From the NCBI GenBank assembly GCA_036785375.1, contig JAWMAR010000269.1, positions 2,418,001-2,482,000 on the forward strand: a stretch of 64,000 bases of DNA. Reading direction: 5' to 3'. Of the stretch, positions 12,831-25,721 are shown in pieces. This stretch comes from Leucoraja ocellata (taxonomy: Eukaryota). Position numbers and translations under genes: made by a program. The notes beneath the pieces were generated by a model. It did not search any database. It worked only from the letters and a program-made list of their open reading frames with translations, and was not told where the DNA came from. How positions within the stretch are numbered: position 1 is the first letter of the stretch; each line of letters starts with the position of its first letter.

Positions 12831-15800
12831 TCCTCAAACTGTGGCTACATCTGTCCCATAAGAAGTGCTAGAGAAGCATTTAATTTAATTTGTCCATCCA
12901 GCAGACTTTACCTCTCTTTAGTTTCCAACGCACTGGCAAGTCAACCAAATTTGGAAGAGCGATAAAAAGACAATGAATAGCCCTTGTCCTATCGAGGGGC
13001 TCGTTAGTTCATCAATCTGCTTGCCCCAAACTTCATCTTTGTATCGTCAATAGTAGCAGCAGGTTTAAAGTGGTGCGGACTGGAGTTTAGAATGATCAAT
13101 CCATCGGTGAAACTCCCATTTTTGGAGGTTGGAATGACACCCCCATTTGTTCTCATTTAAATCTGCCTTGCTAGTTCCAATGATTCAGATGCATGTCAAA
13201 TTTGCATGACACCCTTTGAAGAATGATATAATTTCCTTGTGCACTGGTCAGCACTCTCCCTTTGGCCAACATCGCCAAAAGATTGATTAACTAGATGCTC
13301 ATTTAATTACTTTATCATCGTACATACCAACAGTCACTGCATTAGGGTAATTCATTATGTATAAATCATTTTGAACAGAAAGAGAAGGCACTAGATGGCT
13401 GACAGTTCACTTGTCTGAATACTTTTTTTTTTGCAGATTTAACAAATGTTAAATGTCTTCAATGTCTGTCCTGAATGTTATATTCAAAATTTCTTTTTTG
13501 TTTTTGCTTTTATTATACGTGATGTTCTCGGTGTAACGCCGATGTAAAAAGGATGTAGCTCCTGCCGGTAAGAATCACCATTGTTCTCCCGTTCTTCACT
13601 GGCGTTATCAGCAGTTGCCGAAGTGAAAGAGATAAATTGTGATGCTCACCTTCTTGGTCAAGCTGATTTGTGCCAACTCCCAAGACTGAAGGCACAATCA
13701 ATTGTAAAGCTTGGCTTGAGTCATACATCACTTCACAACTGTCCAATTCCATGACGTGGTGACAGACTAGTTCTTCCCAGAAACCAATACAGATAATATA
13801 GGCTTTGAGATAACTAAATCAAAGAGGTTGGTAGTTTCAAATACTTGCCATGAGGTATCTGGGTTTCGATGGTGGATTTACTGCGTTTCCGAAGCTAGTT
13901 TTTGAAACATGACCTTTTTTTCACCTAACCTCACTTCTCATCATCCACTGCTGTCCCACTGCATCGAACGGTAGACGTGGTTGAACACACAGCCTCTGAA
14001 AACAACGCCGTGCTTTGCTGGCATTCATACTGTGCACACATTCATCAGAAATCCACCTCTCCATCACTTCAGTGGGGTGCCAACCGCATGAAATAAAAAA
14101 TAGTGAAGAATTTCAGTCAAGTGTAAAGGATATCTGTACGCTCACATCCCACGTGGAACATCAATACCTACATTTTTTTTCTTCACATTAGAAATGTACT
14201 AAAAATGTAAGCATTTATCGTGTTCTCCCGATCTTTACTTTATGAAGCTACAGTGGTTTTGAGAATGCTTCGCAAGCCAGCTCTTTCTTTTAAGAGACTG
14301 AGTAGTGTTTTTTGCTGGATAAAAGACACTTTCATTCTAATACACTCCAATACATTACTTATAATGGGCATTTCTGAGGATTAAGAGCTGCAATGTTTCT
14401 GTTTTGTTGGCACTAAGACATGGTCATGCACAGTATTTCCAATAAATTATTAGCACCACGACTACATTTGTTTAAAAAAATTGAATTCTTTTACTGTCTC
14501 CTGTTTTCAAAATTTGTTATAAATATGTTTCATAGAATTTACCATTTATTTTGTTCCCCTGCATCCATAATTTAAGTGCCTCTGCCTACTATATAAATTT
14601 AAAGGGTGGATTTTCCAATAGATTTTACATCTCTCACCTGCCAATATTTCTGTTTGTCTTTTATTCATTTTCCAGGATGCCAACTGTCCTTCCTCTTATC
14701 TGTATTTTTCTCATTCATTGGTTATGGTTCAGTATTGTAAATTGTTATCTTTCTTTGGTCTTTTCCTTTTGTGCAATTTTTACTCATTCTCTCATCATTC
14801 ATCTTGATAAGCCTCCAACTGTAAACTCTTAACATGGGATTTACACAATTGCATGAATGAAAAGTCAGAGTATAAATGGTTCCACTCCTTCCACTGCACA
14901 GAATGCAGCTGGCCTCACTTCACATGACAGCATCTTATATCAAATGATAAAAACGTAATCTCCAAATGAAAATAATGCAGCTCATTATGTGGCAAAACAT
15001 CATTTAGTACTAAGACAAAAGCAAGCTATTCAACGGAAACCTAGAGAACAGCAGCATACCCTTCGCACTTCAAGAGTTAATTGATCACAGCCATTCTGGA
15101 GAGGCTAACGTGTCAGTTTAACCTTCTGCCTAGTACGGTGAATGCTTTTTAAGTGGTGGGAACAGCAGCTTTTTGTACAGAACATGAAGTGCTGAGAAAT
15201 GTTTCTTGTAATGCATTATTAAGGATGTGTTAAGGTTGTTTGAGCGGAGACACTGTGGAACAAAGTAATGCGGTTGTAAAAATGATAAACAAGAATTCAG
15301 GCTGTATTATTTTGCCCATAGCAAACTGAATGCGGCTCAGGGCAGTGTGGTAATTGGATAAAATGCTTCAGCTAAAATCTGCAGAGTTCATTTTCATTCC
15401 ACTGCATTTGAGACAGGCATGCCACAATATTTTGTTAGTTCAGTACAGAAAATGGTTTGGCAGGAAATATTCAATGAGCAACTTGGACTGCTCAGCTTAT
15501 GCACTGGTAAGTTAAGTATAGGAGGCCTGTGACAATGACATTGTGCAATGATATTTGGTATCAACAGGATTTGAGATACAGTAAGCTACCACACGGTATG
15601 CTCAATTTAATAAAGAAAAAAATCATTCATCTGTTTGGCTGCTTCCTCTAAAGGGAGCATTTTCTCAATGCATTCACCATGTGTTGTGCAATGATTGCAT
15701 ACATGGAATACTTCATGCACCATGTTCCCCCCAGACAGTTATTGAGGATTGAGGTTCTTGTCCATCTCTGAAATCCAACAACACAACCTATAAATTCGGA

Positions 15801-16529
15801 CCTTTGATGGGGCACTCTTCTGATCGTTGAAGAGGGAATCATGATCTCTCAAAAATGAATGTGTTGTGCAATTGTGAGTAATGACCACTCACAGCGCCTT
15901 CTTTCAGTTCTTTTTAAGGAAGCATATGTTAAAAGCAGCATGTCCACTGTGAAACGGATTTGATGTTGGAGCAACTTCATTAAACCGCATCTTCAGTGAT
16001 CTTCCCACTGTGACCATAGAACGCTAGTTCAACTCTCTCACACTGCCAATCTTTGTATCTCCTCCAAAGTGGTCACCCTGATTGTTATCATCAGTGCTGT
16101 TAACCTAACATCACAAAATTAAGTCAATAGGAAAAATAAACAAACAATAAAACAGATTGCATTCATCACTTCTTTCCAGGTAGGATATGGAGGCAAGCCT
16201 TCAATTAAACAACTTCAAATGAATCCTGTTAAGATGTAACTGACACTTATTATGAACACAATCCAGTTACAATTAAGTCGTGTCAGTAATTCTTGCTGAT
16301 TTCTCTCACATATCTTTGTGAAGATTTGAAAAATATGTTTAGATATTCAATACATATTTTAAATTCTTAAGTGGAGTTGGGATATCTCCTCAAATGTATA
16401 CATCTGTCTATTTTTTTAAAAATAATTTGGAAGCTGCTCTGAAATATAATGTCAAATAATTAATTTATATATAAGTATGTATAAATGAAACATGCATTAC
16501 CATTAATTACTTTCATGACTGATCCCTAT

Positions 16530-18230
16530 CCCTTTGCCATTTTCCAGCACTGTCTTCACATCCCTTGGTTCCTTTAATGCCCAGAAATCTATAAATATAC
16601 ATTTTGAACGAATGCAACAAATAAGTGTCTACAGCCCACCAGGGCAGAGAATTCTAAAAGTTTGCCAAGGCTCTCCGCCAAATAATTTCTCCTCATCTCA
16701 GTCCTTAACAGCCTACCCTGTATTCTCAAACTGTCTCCTGGTCCCAGCCACCTTAAGCAAGCAAAAATATCCTGTCTTCTAGGCCTTGATAAACGTTGTT
16801 TATTAAGTTCTCCCATTCTTCTAAACTCTAGTGAATACAGTGAATCCAACAACCCTGGAACCTGACGCATCTTTGCTGCATGACTTTTATGACAAGCATA
16901 TTTTTTATTTGGTAAGAAGACCAAAACCATACACAATACTCCAGTTGCAATCACAATGGTGGCACAGGGGCAACATAGCTGTGCAGCGGTAGAGTTGCTG
17001 GGTTTGACCCTGACTATGGGTGCTGTCTGTACGGAGTTTGCACGTTCTCCCCATGACGTGGGTGGGTTTTCTCCGGGTGCTCCGGTTTCCTTGCACATTC
17101 CAAAGACGTACAGGTTTGTAGGTTAATTGGCTAGATACAATTGTAAATTGACCCTGGTGTGTAGGATAGTGTTAGTGTGCAGGGATCACTGGTCGGCATG
17201 GACTCGGTGGGTCGAAGGGCCTGTTTCCATCCTGTTTCTCTAAGCTAAACTAAACTAGACTAGACTAGATCCTGTGCAACTACAATAATATTTCCATCTT
17301 CCTTTATTTAAATCCTTTTGTAATTAAGGCCGATATACCATTTTCTCAATTAACCGATTGCTGTTTCTGCACGTTGGTCCCCAGCAAGGTGCAAGCACAC
17401 CAAAGTCCCTTTGAACATCACCATTATCCAATTCATGCATTCCATTATTCTGTTTTATGCAATAAGGAAATAATATCAGATTTCTCCTCACATATTCCAT
17501 CTGCCAGGTTCTTAACCACCTATTCAGTTTGTCCATATATTTACATCCGCCTCCATACTCACGGTTCCACCTCGTTTAGTATCATTATCAGATTGTGAAA
17601 GACTGGGATTCAGGTACTAGTTCCAGTGTTACCTCATTAGGTTGAGCTGCCATTTATTCTCAGTCTTTGCTCTGCATCTGATAACCAATTATCAATGTCT
17701 GTCAGCATTTATCCCCAGTTCCATGTGCGCCTTGATGACCAACCTCCCGTGCCGGTCTTTATCAAATACCTTTTGAAAATCCAAGTGCACCACATGTATT
17801 GGCCCTACCCCTTATCTATTCTGCTTCATACCTCCTCACAGAACATGATTTTATTTTCACTACCCGTTGTTGACTGCACAATCTTGTTATTTATCAAGGT
17901 CTTCATTATAGATTACAGCATTTCCGTTGGGTAACAGGCCAGTAGTTTCATGTGTTTTCTCCCTCTTTCACTGAAAAGTTGGATCACCTTAGTCCTAATC
18001 CACAGGAACAATTTCAGAATCCATAGACATTTCAAAGAGGATACTATCTCAATAAACTCTGGAACTAAGATTTTAGGCATTTATCCACTTTAAAACTGCC
18101 CAACTTTTTGATTGATACTAATTCCTTCATTTCTTCTTCTGGCTATTCCCCTGGCTCTCTCAGAAGTTCTGTGTGTTCTTCTCCAAAAGCAGACGTATAG
18201 TAATTATTTAATATTTCTACCATTTTATGA
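16530..18230 (-). mobile_element. Old CR1-like LINE ORF2 remnant, interrupted by a SINE
   Basis: Minus-strand LYSLEFRRMG...LRIQGRLLRTEMRRN and DKLNRWLRTWQME...DVQRDFGVL; heavily frameshifted. Confidence 0.7.
16965..17270 (+). mobile_element. V-SINE/HE1-like tRNA SINE
   Basis: gcagcggtagagttgctg head; V-domain; tail gggcctgtttcc...(CTAAA)n(CTAGA)n. Confidence 0.9.
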
Positions 18231-18321
18231 GTAAGAGAAGTTTCATTGCTGTAATTTTCAATGATTCTTCACCAACACCAGAGGTGACATCAAGGTATGA
18301 AGAGGTGACATTCCCATTTAT

Positions 18322-18454
18322 ATTATGGTATATGGACACACTTATCTGTTTTGTAGTAAATGCCTACTATGTTCTGTGTGCTGAAGCAAAGCAAGAATTT
18401 CATTGTCCTATACAGGGACATATGACAATAAACTCACTTGAACTTGAACTTGAA
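18322..18454 (+). mobile_element. Rex1/Babar-like 3' tail
   Basis: Hairpin tgtcctatacagggaca, then tgacaataaa and (CTTGAA)3. Confidence 0.65.
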
Positions 18455-18494
18455 GGTGTGAAAGGTGGTTTCTTCTTGTATTTCTAAACACCTG

Positions 18495-18726
18495 GGGGAC
18501 AACCTTTTCACACAGAGGGTGGTGGGTATATGGAACGAGCTGCCAGAGCAGGTGGTTGAGGCAGGTACAATAACAACATTTAAAAGACGCTTGGACAGGT
18601 ACATGGACAATAAAGGTTTAGATGGATATGGGCCAAACATGGGCAGGTGGAACTAGTGTAGATGGGGTATCTTGGTTGGTATGGACAAGTTGCGATGAAG
18701 GGTCTGTTCCCATACTGTATGACAGT
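18495..18726 (+). mobile_element. CR1-like LINE 3' fragment
   Basis: LFTQRVVGIWNELPEQVVEAGTITTFKRRLDRYM followed by 3' UTR. Confidence 0.85.
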
Positions 18727-20924
18727 GTCCTCTACCTGTAGACTGAAGCAACTAAATTCCCTATAGAGGATGCGCTCCATGCAAAACTGGGAGCCAAACT
18801 AGCTGAAATACATCTGATATTTTAAGAGCACCTCTGCTTGATGGCTCATCCATTTGTTTGATGCATGATTTATGTATTTTGCATTGCTTTTTTGTTTGAG
18901 GTCATTTGGAGGATGTTCCGAGAATATGATATTGGCACATTGTCCAAGCGTTTTCATCTTGGTTTTCCAGACAAGGGAGTTAGCATTCTTGTAAGAGGCC
19001 CAATGATGCCATTGGATATGGGACCTCCCTGCTGCACACGTTTAGCCAAATGCTCAGTGGAGGAATAGATTGTTTGCAAAACCACCACTGGGAAAAATCC
19101 CTGTCAGGGCCTTAAAGACCTTAACTGATAGAATGAGCTGGGGTGTATATCCAAAATAAGGGGCAAAGAGTATCACAGGTTTAAGCCATGCACTTGTAAA
19201 GTATCTCTGTCTCTGAGGGCATTTCCAGATCAATCATCAATTTTAAGAGATTCCCGATTTACCTGGCTCTAACTGACCTGGAGTAAATAAAGAATTTACT
19301 GCATAGAATTTTACAAAACAATTACTCTGCTCATTTGTTATTATAATTATCTGTAGTTTTAAGTACTTTGGTGATTTAGAATTGCTACCTATGGTAGAGA
19401 CAGGTGTAAATGGTGACCTATGATCAGGAGATTAAATTGCATGAGATAATTCATTTCATATTCACTCTATTGCTGCAGTCTGGGCAAAAACCTCTCTCTG
19501 TGCCATTGATTAACTACACTCAGGAAATCTGTTCCTACTCATATTGATAAATGTGAGGAGGAAAACTGTTCCATTGAGATTGCACTTGGTTCTAATTGGG
19601 ATGACCTGAAGTGAATGTGATTCTTCGCACTTTTCCATTCGCATCTGTCCTCTTTCAGTTCATACACCAGACGTCAGCACAAAATCAGTGGCATTGTTTC
19701 AATGTGTCTCCACAGTGACAGCAGTGACTTTGTGTGATAAAACTACATCAAAACCCCTGGGTATTGCTTCCAAATTTATATTCTTTAAAAAAAAATGAAG
19801 CCGAACACATTAATCCTATTTGCCCAACGATGTCAATTTATGTCCAATCTATTGTTGGTATCTAAGTTTAGCATTTCCACATGCGAGTGCTCAAATATTT
19901 TGATGCAAAATTGTGCAGAAATAATAACAGGATGCTGGAACAAGGCACGCACCTAGGTGGTACAGTGAATATACCATGCACTGCTGTGTACAGTAGCAAG
20001 AACTAAATTCATAATGCAGAAATGCATTGTAAAGGGATAATTTTAAAGTTACCTTAATGCTAGTTGCTGCACTGCTAAATATATTGTTTGATAAACATTA
20101 ACTCAGATTCAAGTGGCTAAAATATTCACCACATCTGGATTGAATTGACATTGTCCTTCCGGGAAGGATAGAGAAATGTCATTGTATAGAAGCAGTAGGG
20201 GTGAAGGCATTTTATTGCCTCAAACTGATGAAACGGGTATCTATACTGCATTTAATCTTTGATTTCTTGATGCCAGTGCATTTGGAAATAAAATGTCTGC
20301 AAAGCATATCATTCCCCAGGTCTATCATGTAGTACTCGGCGAGCATAGATCATGTCCACAAATTAAACTTTAAGCAAATGCAGGAATTTAGTAGTAGCAC
20401 ATTAGCCAATAAACATTAAAAATATTTTTGAATATAGAATCTAAACAGATAACTAGGTAACTAGATAGCTCAGAGATTACATCCAATGGATGTTACATCA
20501 ACATAAAATGTTTCCTTGAGAAGGTTATCGTGTCCTCTGAAATGGTGAGGGGATGAATTTTCCTTCTGATCCCAATAAAAAGTGTAATCTAAAGGCCACA
20601 ATTTATTTCAAATACTACTCTTTTATTAAGAAGCTCATTGTGGGAAAAAGAAACAGATAGCCAGACACTAATTTCAAAGCTGAAGAATGGAAAAGCTGGA
20701 TGTCTTGCCAAACTATTGCTAAATGTAAATTATCCTTCCCCCAGCCAGGGGACCCTCTGCAGACAGAGGATAAAACCCATGATGTTAGTGGGCTCATATG
20801 TATGACTTACTAAGGCTACGTCAGGTAGTCAAGGCGTTTCCTTTGATTTACCTGACTTCAGAGGTGCAGCATCCTAATTTAAATTGCATTGCAGTGTTAT
20901 TGAAGCATCCGGTGCACTGGTTAA

Positions 20925-21370
20925 ATAGAGTCATTGAGTCAAACAACAAAGAAACTTCTTTTCAGCATAATGACATCATTCTTAAAGTACGGAGAGCAAA
21001 ACTAAACATGATACTCAAAATGCGGCCCCACCAACGTCTTGTACAGTTGTAACTTAACGTTCCAAGTTATATACATTACCCTTCATGATGAAAGCCAATG
21101 TACCAAAAGTCTTCTTTATCACTCTATCTATCCAGGGCACCACTTTCAGGAAACTATGTACCTTTATTCCCAGGCATTCCCCACGTCACCCCCCCACCCC
21201 ACCCCTCTCCCTTCCCCTTCAATTCCACAATACACCGCAAGGTCCTACCATTGTTCCTGGCCAGGCTTGACTTCCCAAAATGCAACCCCTTGCACTTATC
21301 TGCATTAAACTCTGTTAGCCATTCCTCAGCCCACTTGCCCAGGCCAGCTGATCAAGGTCCTGCTGTAATA
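20925..21370 (-). mobile_element. CR1-like LINE fragment
   Basis: Minus strand encodes degenerate WAEEWLTEFNADKCKGLHFGKSS and LYKTLVGPHFE. Confidence 0.7.
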
Positions 21371-21713
21371 TATGGCGGATGAAAAGATGTAGACTGAGAT
21401 TAATATTCCTTGAAATGTTTCAGAGCTTCTGGAGGTGTATTGGTACATTTAGTTCTACAACAATACCTTGGAATTCCCAAGTTGTGCTCCTTCTTTCTGT
21501 CCCAAGGATTTGCAGGCATCCCACCTCCTCCAACCCACATAGAGTATCTATAAATTGTACTTCCCTTCCTGGGCACTATTTTATTAGTAGCTAATTGCAA
21601 TCGTAATACGCCATCAATATTGGCATCTGTCCACCATTATGGACACTCCTTTGCTTTGGGTGGGACAACAGTTAACTCCATGGAACTGAAACATAAGGAG
21701 CTCATACCACTGG

Positions 21714-22000
21714 GGGGGCATGATGGCACAGCGGTAGAGTTTGATCCTGGGTTTGATCCTGGCTACGGGTGCTGTCTCTATGAAATGCGTGCATTTTCCC
21801 TGTGACCACGTGGGTTCTCGCTAAGTGCTCTGGCTTCCTCCCACACTCTAAAGTACAGGTTTGTAGGTTAATTGGCTTCTGTAAATTGTAAATTGTCCCT
21901 AGTGTGTACGATAGTGCTTGTGCATGGGGACTGCTGGTCGGTGTGGACACGGTGGGCCAAAGGGCCTGTTTCCGTGCTGTATCTCTAAACTAAACTAAAC
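21714..22000 (+). mobile_element. V-SINE/HE1-like tRNA SINE
   Basis: Head, V-domain and (CTAAA)n tail. Confidence 0.9.
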
Positions 22001-23317
22001 ACCGAATTCCATCTTGCTAAAATTGTCTTTGCAAGCATATTTAAAAAACCTGTAAATCATACAAGGAATGAGAGATACAGGGGAATTATGAGTTATGTAG
22101 TTACATAAAAGTGAATGAAACATATTTATTGAGCACCATATACTTACACATTTTTAATATTTTTCTGACAAATTATACAAGAGTCTTAAATGTAAATCTT
22201 ATTGTCAGGAATCCTTGAAGGATATTTTTACAGTAAAATATATACACCCACTGTGCTCTTCAATTGTTGTGTCACTAAGACAACCAATACAATTATGTCC
22301 TCACGAATATAATACAGGCTGCTTGAACATAATACCCTTTCCTCAATTCAGAAGAGGCTGAGTATAATTGTTCTGATTCAGAACATGAGAGAAAAAAGAT
22401 TACAATCACTCCTTCTAGGTTCCCTCAGCAGTCTAATTGTGCAAAACATGTGGTGTTTTACTCACAATTCCTTACTACTTTCAGAAATTGTACATTAAAA
22501 TCGGAGCTGTCGTAATTTTATTTGTTGGAGGACCATATACTCACACCATGGCGCCCAGACATCACTTTGTATTGCACTCTATGCAAATTGAGTGTTTTGT
22601 GTGCCAGCAGCATGGATCCAATGGGTTACATTGTTTACTTTGTGTCTAATAGAGATGCATCTTTATACAGCCAATCAACCTTGCATAAAATCTCCGCTTA
22701 GCCTCGGTGTTGGGTTTTCGTGGAATTTGCGTCAGTGTTTTTGGTCTTGCATGATTGATGAAGCAGGTACTCCCTGTAGCTGACCCAATGCTGAGAGTGT
22801 GAGGTACCAGGACACAGACAAACTCAGTAACACTGGGGGAGCCACTTCCAGCTGAGGAGGAAGACAGCCCAGATGTATATAAAAGAAAGCCTAGTGCTCT
22901 GCCCAGGCTATCTTTCACCAGTTAGTATGACCCATGTACTTAAACATCTCAACTTGCTACCAAGAGGGATCAGACACTTTGATTTATCCCTTGTCTCCTG
23001 TTTGAATTAAAGATGAATGTTAATAGCTAAGAGTAGAAAAAATGGATATATTAATTTTTTTAGAATAGGTGAATAAATAAACGTATTGCGTCTTACAGAG
23101 TTGCCAATTAATCAGTTTTTATAATTCAATGCAAACATTCGAAATCCCTTTCAGTTATTTTTTTTTTAATGAATTGCCTATAGATGTTTTAACCATTGAA
23201 AGATAGCCCAACAGGGATTTGTGTAGAGTAACTAATACACAATAAGTTTACTTCCATCTTGACAATGATCATAATGTAAGAACTATTTTGAAGAAGACCC
23301 AGCAGTCTTCTTATTTG

Positions 23318-23440
23318 CAGAAACAAAGAACTGCAGATGCTGGTTTTACAAAAAAAGACACAGAGTGCTGGATTAACTCAGTAGGTCAGGCAACATCTCT
23401 GGATGACATGGAGGGGTGACGTTTCGGGTCGGGATTCTCA
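23318..23440 (-). mobile_element. Penelope-derived short element, truncated inside the hammerhead motif
   Basis: gaactgcagatgctgg...ggtgacgtttcgggtcggga. Confidence 0.75.
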
Positions 23441-23734
23441 TTTCACAATTGTTACAATCATCTGTACATAAGAACATATTAATTCTACTTGTGGTACAGG
23501 AGAGCTGCATTAGATTGGAAGTTCAAAAACATGGGAACCCAAATCAAGTGACTATGGAGGCAAGGGGAAGGGATTTTTTGTTGCGCACCTTATGCAAGGA
23601 ACGTTACTTTAAAATATACTTTTAAAATATACTCTAAGATATACTTTAAAATGTAATTTCTTGCAAGCCAGGAGTTTTAGAAGAGGAACTGCCTCTTATG
23701 ATAGTAACCCTTGGTGCAACTCCAAAACCAAGAA

Positions 23735-24792
23735 TCTATATAATTAAAAGTTTCATCTTGACCACTTCCTGACTGCGCTGTATATTGATTTCAGAAAAGA
23801 CCCTACAATTTCTTGTTATGTTTTTTGGCCACCTTACTAACAGTCCTCCTCGGCTGAGCAGGCCCATTGATGACAAATAAAAAAGTTATTTGTATTTTAA
23901 AAATCTTGCGATCCTCTCGCCTGTCAATCACTGCGATGAAGATAACGCCCCTTCTGGGGGTGGGGGGGGGGGTGGGGGGGGGGCAGGACTATAAAACCCC
24001 AGATGTCACTCTGCAAGATCGCGAGGGAGAGGCCACGACTCTCATTCTAAGTTGTGAATCAACTGAACTGTGAGTTTGCAATGTACTTGCAATAAATGAT
24101 TTGTTAGCCCTTAATGACAATGCCATGAGTTGTTTGGCCTGCTGCCCTGCCTGTGCTCGAAACTGCAATGCTTTATTAGGTCTGACTGTGTTTGGAAGGA
24201 ATCAATGCTTTATTAGGTCCGACTGTGTTTGGTTCAAAAGTCCCGTTCATTTCGTGACTTCCGCTTAGTGGACAGGACGTGCTGATGGCGTAATTTCCCG
24301 TGAGTGCAGAGGTCAAGCTGATTGCGTAATTTTCAGTAAATGCAGAGGTCACGCTGATTGCGGGAGTGCCACTGACTGCGGAAACCCCAAAATAGAGAGG
24401 CCGCGCTCAGCCGTGTGAGTATTCAAGAAAGTTTACTGCCATATATATGGTGTGTGAGTCAGTGAGTGTGTGTGTGTGAGTGTCTGTTTGTGTGTGCAAG
24501 TGTATGTGTTTGTGAGTGTATGTGTGTGTGTGTGTATATGGGTGTGAGTTTGAGTGTGAGTGTGTGTGCGTGTGAGTGGTCTCAGTGACTGAGCTGCCAG
24601 CCCAAGAATCCATTTGGCCCACAATGTCCATAATAGCCCTCTGGAAACCAGTCCCTTTGGCCCACAACACCATGCTAGCGCTCCAGAACCCCCCCCCCCC
24701 ACTCCCACTCACTTGCCAGCAATATTGGAATTGGAGGAGAGGTGGAATATTGCGTTGGGGGACCAGCCCTCCCGTGTGAAGTCTTAGTCTAG
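23735..24792 (+). mobile_element. Non-autonomous Helitron-like element
   Basis: Begins a|TCTATATAATTAAAAG, ends CTAG|t, no TSD; internal tandem duplications and a GT-rich tract. Confidence 0.65.
24448..24578. repeat. Imperfect (GT)n/(GAGT)n microsatellite
   Basis: Direct reading. Confidence 0.9.
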
Positions 24793-25621
24793 TAACGGAT
24801 TATAAGCAGGATTGAGCATTCCAGGTCTCTGGACAATTGGACATCTTAGAGACACTTCTCTAGTGACACCTAGAGTAAGCATAAGAATAGTCAAGCCAAA
24901 TCTACTCTGCCTTCCAAAAAAATAAATTAAGCTTACCTCTAATATTTAGAACTCTGGTCCAAAAGTTAAAATTGCAGTTTAGATATGGACTACAATGTAA
25001 TGTGGAGCAAGCTTCCATTCTTCCATTTTTGCATTGATGTTTTATGCAGTTTCTTAATCACTTTTGTACACTTCAATCAGATATGTTTTGTGCAGCTATC
25101 ATCATCACTGGCTTGAGCCCATTTACCAGCTTCAGTACCAGTGTACATCACATACATGGAGGAGAGTGATATAATTTCACCTTAAACATTGAAGCATTTC
25201 ATTGATTTTCAGCTTCAGATCAATGAGGATGAATATAACAATGTATCCACTATCTAGTAGAATTTCTAAGCTATTAAGTGTAAGAATTAAAATGTCTGCA
25301 GATACTGCTGAAACCATCAAAGATGTTATTATATTTCCATGATGTTCTCAGCCATTGACTACTGAATATATGCTGTAAGTGAAAGATCTCTCCTGACTTG
25401 CTAATTGACTTGAGCCCAGTTGATTAAACAGATGGGTATATCTGTTGCTGAAGTTTAATGTGCTAAATGACAGAAATAATCAGATTTTGTAAAAACCAAG
25501 TTAACACACTAGGCAGTTCCACTTTTCAACAGATTTTGAACTGATGTAGGTTTAGTCGATTTTTAAGCAGAGAAATGGTACTGCTACTTCCGTAAGTAGA
25601 GAAATACACCAGAACAGCTTC

Positions 25622-25721
25622 AGGCTGAAGAAGGGTCTCGACCCGAAACGTCACCCATTCCTTCTCTCCAGAGATGCTGCCTCACCCGCTCAGTTACTCC
25701 AGCATTTTGTGTCTACCTTCG
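25622..25721 (+). mobile_element. Penelope-derived short element
   Basis: Hammerhead motif followed by cccattccttctctccagagatgctgcc...cagcattttgtgtct. Confidence 0.85.
25625..25653 (+). ncRNA. Minimal type I hammerhead ribozyme motif
   Basis: CTGAAGA-A-GGGT(CTCG)ACCC-GAAA-CG-TC; intact core and helix II, palindromic ACGT helix III; activity untested. Confidence 0.75.

Noticed and set aside
24407-24712. His/Thr-rich ORFs
   Set aside because: Translation of a (CA)n-type microsatellite
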